The notes under the pieces: generated by a model
The model's input: only the letters and a program-made list of their open reading frames with translations
The model's database searches: none
Told to the model about the DNA's origin: nothing
Position numbers and translations under genes: made by a program
Shown: piece after piece, positions 1 through 8,800 of the stretch
Layout: the number at the start of each line of letters is the position of its first letter
Numbering within the stretch: the first letter of the stretch is position 1
DNA from: the human T2T-CHM13v2.0 reference genome, Homo sapiens
Assembly: GCF_009914755.1 (NCBI RefSeq)
Contig: NC_060939.1
Strand: one strand, 5' to 3'
DNA: 64,000 bases

Positions 1-3000
1 TGCACTGATCACCCAGGTGATGTAACTCTTGTCTAGGCTCTGCCTACAGGGGCATTTTAGCATATCACTGCACTGATCACCGAGATGATGTAACTTTTGT
101 ATAGGCTTCGCTGAAAAGGGGCATTGAGACATAAATCTGCACTGATCTCCGAGGTGATGCAACTCTTGTCTCGGATCTGCTTACAGGGGGCATTGTGACA
201 TATCTCTGCCATGATCACCCAGGTGATGTAACTCTTGTCTAGGCTCTGCCTACTGGAGACATTGTGATATATCTCCGCACTGATTACCCAGGTGATGTCA
301 CTTTTCTCAAGGATATGGCTACAGGGACATTGTGAAATGTCACTGCACTGATCACACAGCAGATGTAACTCTTTTCTAGGCTCTGGCTACAGGGGGCTTG
401 TGACACATCTCTGCAATGATCACCCTGGTGATGTAACCCTTGTCTAGGCTCTGTCAAAAGGGGGCATTGTGACATAACTCGGCACTGATCACCCAGGTGA
501 TGTAACATTTATCTAGGCTCTGCCTACAGGGGCGTTTTGACATAGCTCTGCACAGATCACCTAGGTTATGTAACTCTTGTCCACTCTCTGCCTACAGGGG
601 ACATTGTGAAATATCTGCACTGATCAATCAGGTGATGGAACTCTTCTCTGTACTCTGCTTAGAGGGGGATTTGTGACACATCTCTGCACTGATCGCCAAG
701 GTGATGGAAGTCTTGTCTAGGCTCTGTCTATGGGGGCATTCTGTCAAATATCTGCACTGATCACCCAGGTGATGTACCTCTTTTCTAGGCTCTGTCTACA
801 GAGATTTTTTTGACATATCACTGCACTGATCACCTAGGTGATGTAAGTCTTGTATGGGCTTTGCCTACAGAAGGCTTTGTGAAATATCTCTACAGTGATC
901 TCTGAGGTGATGCAACTCTTGTCTAGGCACTGTCTACAGGGGACATTGGTACTTATCGCTGCACAGATCACCCAGGTGATGGAGTCTTGACTTAGATCTG
1001 CCTACGTGGACATTGTGACACATCTCTGAACTGATCAACCAAGTGAAGAAACTCTTGTCTAGGCTCTGCCTACAGGGGCTTTGTGACACATCTCTGCACT
1101 GATCACCCTGGGGAGGGAACTCTTGTCTACGCTCTGCCTACAGGAGGCTTTATGACTTATACCTGCACTGATAACCTAGTTGATGTAACCCTTGTCTAGG
1201 CTCTGCCTACATGGGAATTCTCACATATCTCTGCACTGATCACCGAGGTGACGGACTCTTGCCTTGGATCTGCCTATGGGGACATTGTGACATATCCCTG
1301 CACTGATCACCCAGGTGATGTAACTGTTGTATAAGCTCTACCTACAGGGGAATTGTGAGAGATCTCGCCACTGATCACCCAAGTGATGTAACTATTGTCT
1401 AGGCTTTGCCTACATGGGGATTTGTGACATACCTTTGCACTGATCTCCCAGGTGATGTAACTCATCTAAGTTCTGCCTACAGGAGCTTTGTGACATATCT
1501 CTGCACTGATCACCCAGGTGTTGCAACTCTTCTCTATGCTCTGCCTACAGGGGGCATTGTGACATATCTCTGCACTGATCACAAAGGTGATGTAACTCTT
1601 TTCTAGTCTCTGCCTACAGAGGGCGTTGTGACATGACTCTGCACGGATCTCCCTGGTTATGTAAGTATTGTCTAGGCTTTGCCTACGGGGTCATTGTGAC
1701 TTATCTCTGCACTGATCACCCAGGAGATGTGACTCTTTTCTAAGCTCTGCCTTGAGGGACATTGGGACATATCCCTGCACTGATCACTGAGGTGGTGTAA
1801 AACTTGTCTAGGCTTTGCCTACAGTGAGATTTATGACATATCTCTGCACTGATCACCCAGGTGTTGTAACTGTTGTGTAGGCTCTGCTTACAGTGGTTAT
1901 TGTGAGATATCTCTGCATTGATCACCCAGGTGATGTGACTCTTGTCTAGGCTCTGCCTACAGGGGCATTTTAACATATCACTGCACTGATCACCGAGATG
2001 ATGTTACTCTTGTATAGGCTTCAACGACGGGGGCATTGAGACATATCACTGCACTGATCACCGAGTTGATGCAACTCTTCTCTGGGATCTGTTTACAGGG
2101 GGCATTGTGACATATCTCTGCCCTGATCACCCAGGAGATGTAACTCTTGTCTAATCTCTGCCTACTGGAGACATTGTGACATATCTCCGCACTGATCACC
2201 GAGGTGATGTCACTTTTCTCAAGGATATGGCTACAGGGACATTGTGACATATCACTGCACTGATCACATAGCTGGTGTATCTCATATATAGGCTCTGGCT
2301 ACAGCGGGCTTGTGACACATCTCTGCACTGATCACCCAGGTGATGTAACCCTTGTCTAGGCTCTGTCAAAAGGGGGCATTGTGACATAACTCTGCACTGA
2401 TCGCCCAGGTGATGGGACTCGTGTCTAGGCTCTGCCTACAGGGGCATTGTGACATATCTCTGCAGTGATCACGCAGGTGATGTAACTCTTGTCTGTATCT
2501 GCCTACTGTCGACACTGTGACATATTTCTGCACTGATCACCCAGGTGATGGACTCTTGTCTTGGATCTGCCAATGGGGGCATAGTGACTTATCTCTGCAC
2601 TGATCACTCATGGGATGTAACGCTTGTCCAAGCTGTGCCTGAAGGGGAATTTTGACAGATATCTCCACTGATCACCCAGGTGATGTAACAATTTTCTGGG
2701 ATTTGTCCACAGGGGGCTTTGTGCCATATCTTTGCACTGATCACCCAGGAGATGTAACAACTCTTGGCTAGGCAGGGCCTACAGGGTCTTTGTGACATGT
2801 TTCTGCACTGATCACCCAGGTGATGTAACTCTTGTTTAGGCTCTGCCTACAGGGGCTTTGTGACATATTTCTGCACTGATCACCCAGGTGATGTTACTCT
2901 TGTTTAGGCTCTGCCTACAGGGGCTTTGTGACATATTTCTGCACTGATCACCCAATTGATGTAACTCTTGTCTAGGCTCCACCTACAGGGGGTATTGTGG

Positions 3001-5382
3001 CGTATCTCTGCACTGATCACCCAGGTGATGTAATATTTATCTAGGCTCTGCCTACAGGGGCGTTTTGATATAGCTCTGCACAGATCACCTAGGTTATGTA
3101 ACTCTTGTCCACTCTCTGCCCACAGGGGGCATTGTGAAATATCTCTGCACTGATCACCCAGGTGATGGGACTCTTCTCTGTACTCTGCCTAGAGGGGGAT
3201 TTGTGACATATCTCTGCACTGATCACCAAGGTGATGGAAGTCTTGTCTAGGCTCTGTCTATGGGGGCATTGTGTCAAATATCTGCACCGATCTCCCAGTT
3301 GATGTACCTCTTTTCTAGTCTCTGTCTACAGGGATTTTTGTGACATATCACTGCACTGATCACCTAGGTGATGTAAGCCTTGTATGGGCTTTGCCTAAAG
3401 AAGGCTTTGTGAAATATCTCTGCACTGATCTCTGAGGTGATGCAACTCTTGTCTAGGCACTGCCTACAGGGGACATTGGTCCATATCTCTGCACTGATCA
3501 CCCAGGTGATGGACTCTTGTCTTAGATCTGCCTACATGGAGATTGTGACACATCTCTGAACTGATCAACCAAGTGATGAAACTCTTGTCTAGGCTCTGCC
3601 TACAGGGCTTTGTGACACATCTCTGCACTGATCACCCTGGGGAGGGAACTCTTGTCGACGCTCTGCCTACAGGAGGCTTTATGACTTATACCTGCACTGA
3701 TAACCTAGTTGATGTAACACTTCTCTAGGCTCTGCCTACACGGGATTTCTCACATATCTCTGCACTGATCACCCAGGTGATGGACTCTTGTCTTGGATCT
3801 TCCTATGGGGGCATTGTGACATATCTCTGCACTGATCACCCAGGTGATGTAACTGTTGTATAAGCTCTACCTACAGGGGAATTGTGAGAGATCTCGCCAC
3901 TGATCACCCAAGTGATGTAACTATTGTCTAGGCTTTGCCTACATGGGGCTTTGTGACATACCTTTGCACTGATCTCCCAGGTGATATAACTCATCTAAGT
4001 TCTGCCTACAGGAGCTTTGTGACATATCTCTGCACTGATCACTTAGGTGATGTAACACTTCTATAAGTACTGCCTACTGGGAATTTTGACAAATCTCTCC
4101 TTGGATCACCTAGGTGATGTAACTCTTGTCTACCATCTACCCATAGGGGTCATTGTGAAATATCTCTGCACTGATCACCCAGGTGATTCAACTCTTGTCT
4201 ACGATCTGCCTACAGGGGATATTGTGAAATATCTCTGTAGTGTTCATCTAGGTGATGTAACCCTTGTCTAGGCTCTCTCTACAAGGATTTGTGTGACGTA
4301 TCCCTGCACTGGTCACCTAGATGATGTAAGCCTTGTATGGGTTTGCCTATAGAAGGCTTTGTGACAGATCTATGCACTGATCTCTGAGGTGATGTAACTC
4401 TTGTCTAGGCACTGCCTACAGGGGACATTGGTACATATCTCTGCACTGATCACCCAGGTGATGGACTCTTGTCTTAGATCTGCCTACATGGACATTTTGA
4501 CACATCTCTGAACTGATCAACAAAGTGATGAAACTCTTGTCTAGGCTCTGCCTATGGGGGCTTTGTGACACATCTCTGCACTTATCACCCTTGGGAGGGA
4601 ACTCTTGTCTACGCTCTGCCTACAGGAGGCTTTACGACTTATACCTGCACTTATAACCTAGGTGATGTAACGCTTGTCTAGACTCTGTCTACACGGGAAT
4701 TCTCACATATCTCTGCACTGATCACCCGGGTGATGTTACTCTTGTCTAGGTTCATCCTACAGGAGTGTTTTGACATATCTCTGCACTGATCACCCAGGTG
4801 ATGTAACCCTTGTTTAATCTCTGCCTACAGGGGCATTGTGACAGATCTCTCCACTGCTCACCCAGGTGATGTAACAATTGTCTGGGCTTTGCCTACAGGG
4901 GACTTTGTGATATACATTTCCACTGATCAAACAGGTGATGTAACCCTTGTCAAGGTTCTGCTTACAGGGGCTTTGTGACATATCTCTACACTGATCACCC
5001 CAGGGAGGAAACACTTGTCTACACTCTGCCTACAGTAGGCTTTACAACTTATCCCTGCACTGATCACTGGCTGATGGAACACTTGTCTAGGCTCTGTCTA
5101 CACGGGACTTTTCACATATCTCTACACTGATCACCTAAGTGATGTAACCCTTGTCTAGGTTCCGCCTACTGGGAATTTCTGACATACCTATGCACTGATC
5201 ACCGACGTGATGTAAATAATTTCCATGCTTTTTGTACTGGGGACATTGTGATATATCTCTGCACTGATCACCCAAATGATGCAAATCTTCTGTAGGCTCC
5301 GCAGGGAGGGGGCATTGTGACATATTTCTGAACTGATCATCCAGGAGATGTAACTATTCTCCAGGCTTTGACTAAAGAGCAT
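1..5382. repeat. Beta satellite (BSR/Sau3A 68-bp family) tandem array, about 79 diverged monomers, open at the left window edge
   Basis: Head-to-tail ~68-bp monomer TGCACTGATCACCCAGGTGATGTAACTCTTGTCTAGGCTCTGCCTACAGGGGCATTGTGACATATCTC with about one Sau3A site (GATC) per unit. A near-identical adjacent pair sits at offset 68 (CTTGTTTAGG at 2831 and 2899). The last monomer-like sequence ends near 5382. The family is assigned from the known consensus and unit length. Confidence 0.97.
5316..5321 (-). other. Position homologous to the DUX4 4qA polyadenylation signal; here GTCACA, not a poly(A) signal
   Basis: The + strand context GGGGGCAT-TGTGAC-ATATT lines up with the reverse complement of the recalled 4qA GATAT-ATTAAA-ATGCCCCC. 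TGTGAC is the ordinary beta-satellite hexamer at this monomer position. Confidence 0.8.
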
Positions 5383-5548
5383 CGGAAGGTGTTGGGAGAG
5401 CCTCAGTCGGAATTTCATGGACGGACAAGGGCACAGAGAGGCCAGCGGACCCCCTTGCACGTGAGCCGGGGTGCGCAATGAGCGCAGGGCTAGCCAGGAG
5501 GCCGGCAAAGAGGGCTAGAGGTCTGCGTTCCGCAGCCAGGCACTCCAT
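5372..5548 (-). CDS. Candidate 58-aa small ORF, MECLAAERRPLALFAGLLASPALIAHPGSRARGSAGLSVPLSVHEIPTEALPTPSDAL*; the ORF is real, expression is unsupported
   Basis: Translated by hand. The ATG at 5548-5546 lies in a perfect Kozak context, GCCACCATGG (5554-5545), and the TAG is at 5374-5372. It is shorter than any ORF in the supplied track (all 60 aa or more). It ends with ALPTPSD, the same as DUX4 residues 2-8. Confidence 0.12.
   Translation of the reverse strand: MECLAAERRPLALFAGLLASPALIAHPGSRARGSAGLSVPLSVHEIPTEALPTPSDAL
5490..5512 (-). promoter_or_regulatory. Putative 3' splice acceptor homologous to the DUX4 intron 2/exon 3 acceptor
   Basis: Minus strand CTCTTTGCCGGCCTCCTGGCTAG is pyrimidine-rich and ends in TAG (the AG is + strand CT at 5490-5491). 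It matches the recalled DUX4 ...CCTGGCTAG|ACCTGCG acceptor. There is no evidence it is used. Confidence 0.5.
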
Positions 5549-5562
5549 GGTGGCAGCTGAGA

Positions 5563-5806
5563 GGCTGCAGGGGCACGGACGGACCGGTGACGGTAGCGCG
5601 GAGGCGCAGAGGAGGTGAGCCGTCGGAGGGTTGTCAGGCCTGGACGCTGGGTGGGCCTGAGGTTTTGAAGGACGTGGGTCTCCATCCAGCCCAGGGGAAG
5701 ACGCATTTTACGGAGGTGGGAGCTGGGGTTCGGGAGGGGGTGGATAGGCCGGGTTGGGGTGGTGGAAAGGCATTAGAGCTCTGTCGGCGCTGCTCCGAAA
5801 GCTCAG
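5563..5806 (-). repeat. LSau / partial D4Z4 (3.3-kb repeat family) fragment, truncated by HSat1A
   Basis: GC-rich minus-strand sequence GGAGCAGCGCCGACAGAGCTCT...AAAATGCGTCTTCCCCTGGGCTGGATGGAGACCC...CAGCGTCCAGGCCTGACA...CCTCCTCTGCGCC...GCCCCTGCAGCC is colinear with the start of a D4Z4 unit as recalled. LSau next to beta satellite is a known composite arrangement. Confidence 0.85.
5718..5759 (+). other. Potential G-quadruplex motif
   Basis: GGG-AGCT-GGGG-TTC-GGG-A-GGGGG (5718-5740) fits the G3+N1-7 four-tract pattern. Two further G-tracts lie at 5751-5753 and 5756-5759. Confidence 0.6.
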
Positions 5807-8800
5807 TATATAACTTATATTTGATATACTTTCATATTTTATGTACATAATATAATATACATTTGATGTACTTTCATATTTTATGTACAGTATATAATGT
5901 ATGGGTACTTTGATATTTTATGTACAGTATAAAATATATAGTTTGGGTACTTTGATATATTATGTACAGTATATAATATATGTTTGGGTACTTTGATATT
6001 TTATGTACAGTATACAATATATATTTGGTGTACTTTGATATTTTATGTACAGAATAGAATATATATTTGGGGTAATTTGATATTTTATGTAGAGAATATA
6101 ATATATATTTGATGTACTTTGATGTTTTATATACACAATATATGTTTGATGTATTTTCATATTTAATGTACACTATATAATATATACTTTGGGTACTTTG
6201 ATATTTTATGTCCAGTATAACATATATACTTGGGGTAGTTTGATATTTTATGTACAGTATATAATATATACTTTGGGTACTTTGATATTTTATGTACAGT
6301 ATATAATATATAGTTTGCATACTTTGATATTTTATGTACAGTATATTATATATAGTTTGGGTACTTTGATATTTTATGTAGAGTTTATAACAAATGTTTG
6401 GGTACTTTGATATTTTGTGTACAGTATATAATACATACTTTGGGTACTTTGATACTTAATGTACAGTATATAATACATGTTTGGGTACTTTGATATTTTA
6501 TGTACAGTATAGAATATATATTTGGTGTACTTTGATATTTTATTTACAGAATAAAATATATATTTGATGTACTTTCATATTTTATGTACAGTATATAATA
6601 TATACATTGGGTACGTTGATATTTTATGTACAGTATATAATATATATTTGTTGTACTTTGAAATATTACGTACACAATATAATATATATTTGATGCACTT
6701 TCATATTTTATGTACAGTATTTAATATATAGTTTGGGTACTTTGATATTTTATGTACAGTATATAATCTATAGTTTGGGTACTTTGATGTTTTATGAACA
6801 TTATATAATGTATAGTTTGGGTAATTTGATATTTTATGTACAGTATATAATATATAGTATGGCTACTTTGATATTTCATGTACAGAATAGAATATATATT
6901 TGGTGTACTTTGATATTTTATGTACAGTATAGAATATATACTTTGTGTACTTTTATATTTTATGTACAATATATAATATATAGTTTCGGTACTTTGATAT
7001 TTTATGTACAGTATATAATATATAGTTTGGGTAGTTTGATATGCTATGTGCAGTATATAATATATAGTTTGGTTACTTTGATACGTTATGTACAGTACAT
7101 AATATATAATTTGGGTACATTGATTTTTTGTTACAGTATATAATATATAACTTGGGTACTTTGATAATTTATGTACAGTATATAATAAATACTTTGGGTA
7201 CTTTGATATTTTATGTACAGTATATAATATATACATTGGCTACCTTGATATTTTATGTACAGTATATAATCTATAGTTTGGATACTTTGATATTTTATGT
7301 ACAGTACATAATATATACTTTGGATACTTTGATAATTTATGTATAGTATATAATATATAGTTTGGGTACTTTGATATTTCATGTACAGTATATAATATAT
7401 ATTTGGGGTAATTTGATATTTTATGTACAGTATATAATCTATATTTGATGTACTTTCATACTTTATGTACCTAATATAGTATATATGTGATGTAATTTTA
7501 TATATTATGTACAGTATATAATGTGTAGTTTGGGTACTTTGATATTTTATGTACAGTATAAAATATATTGTTTGGGTACTTTGATATATTATGTACAGTA
7601 TATAATATATAGTTTTGGTACCTTGATATTTTATGTACAGTATGTAATATATAGATTCGGTACTTTGATATTTTATGTACAGTATATAATGTATAGTTTG
7701 GGTACTTTGATATTTTATGTACAGTATATCATATATGTTTGGGTACATTGAAATTTCATGCAGAATATATAATATATATTATGGGTACTTTGATATTTTA
7801 TGTACATTATATAATGAATATTTGGTGTACTTTGATATTTTATGTACAGAATATAATATGTATTTGATGCACTTTCATATTTTCTGTTCATTATATAATG
7901 TATAGTTTGGGTACTTTGATATTTTATGTACAGTATATAATATATATTATGGGTACTTTGATATTTTATGTAGAGTATAGAATATATATTTGATGTAATT
8001 GGATATTTTATGTAGAGTATATAATATATACTTTGGGTACTTTGATATTTTATGTACAGTATATAATATAAAGTTTGGGTACTTTGATATGTTATCTACA
8101 GTATATAGTATATAGTTTAGTTACATTGATATGTTATGTAAAGTACATAATATATAGTTAGGGTACTTTGATTTTTTGTTACAGTATATAATATATAACT
8201 TGGGTACTTTGATAACTTATGTACAGTATATAATATATAATTTGGATAGATTTTTTATGTACAGTATATAATGTATAGTTTGGTTACTTTGATATGTTAT
8301 GTACAGTACATAATATACAGTTTGGTTACTTTGATTTTTTTGTACAGTATATAATATATAATTTGGGTACTTTGATAATTTATGTATGGTATATAATATG
8401 TATTTTGGGTACCTTGATATTTTATGTACAGTCTATAATATATAGTTTGGTTACTTTGATTTGTTATGTAGAGTACATAATATATAGTTGGGTTACTTTG
8501 ATATTTTTTGTACAGTATATAATATATTATTTGGATACTTTGATAAATTATGTACAGTATATAATATATACTTTGGGTACTTTGATATTTTATGTACAGT
8601 ATATAATATATAGTATGGGTACTTTGATATTTTATGTACAGTATATAATCTATATTTGATGTACTTTCATATTTTTTCTACCTAATATAATATATATTTG
8701 ATGTAATTTCATAATTTATGTACAGTATATAATGTATAGCTTGGGTACTTTGATATTTTATGTATAGTATAAAATATATAGTTTGGGTACTTTGATATAT

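Larger units (their letters stand above)
5270..5562 (-). pseudogene. Paralog of pLAM / the DUX4 exon-3 region (D4Z4-distal junction), including its beta-satellite-derived 3' part; non-functional DUX-family relic
   Basis: The minus strand reads ...CTCTTTGCCGGCCTCCTGGCTAG|CCCTGCGCTCATTGCGCACCCCGGCTCACGTGCAAGGGGGTCCGCTGGCCTCTCTGTGCCCTTGTCCGTCCATGAAATTCC...ACCTTCCGATGCTCTTTAG...GTTACATCTCCTGGATGATCAGTTCAGAAATATGTCACAATGCCCCCTCCCTGCGGAGCCTACAG. This is colinear with the 4qA pLAM/exon-3 sequence as I recall it (not aligned computationally). No homeobox is present. Confidence 0.88.

Noticed and set aside
284-5323. 60-90-aa Cys/His-rich ORFs in beta satellite
   Set aside because: They are translations of the 68-bp repeat, with frames shifting each monomer and no domain or gene structure.
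1-5382. CRISPR-like look of a conserved TGCACTGATCACCCAGGTGATGTAAC core with variable flanks
   Set aside because: The intervening segments are homologous to each other rather than unique spacers, there are no cas genes, and the unit is primate beta satellite.
5188-5850. An intact DUX4/DUX4L/DUX5 gene, or track ORFs 5188..5508, 5515..5706 and 5587..5850 as real genes
   Set aside because: There is no homeobox (no WFQN motif), the DUX ATG appears deleted, two of these ORFs run into satellite, and 5188..5508 and 5587..5850 start at non-ATG codons.
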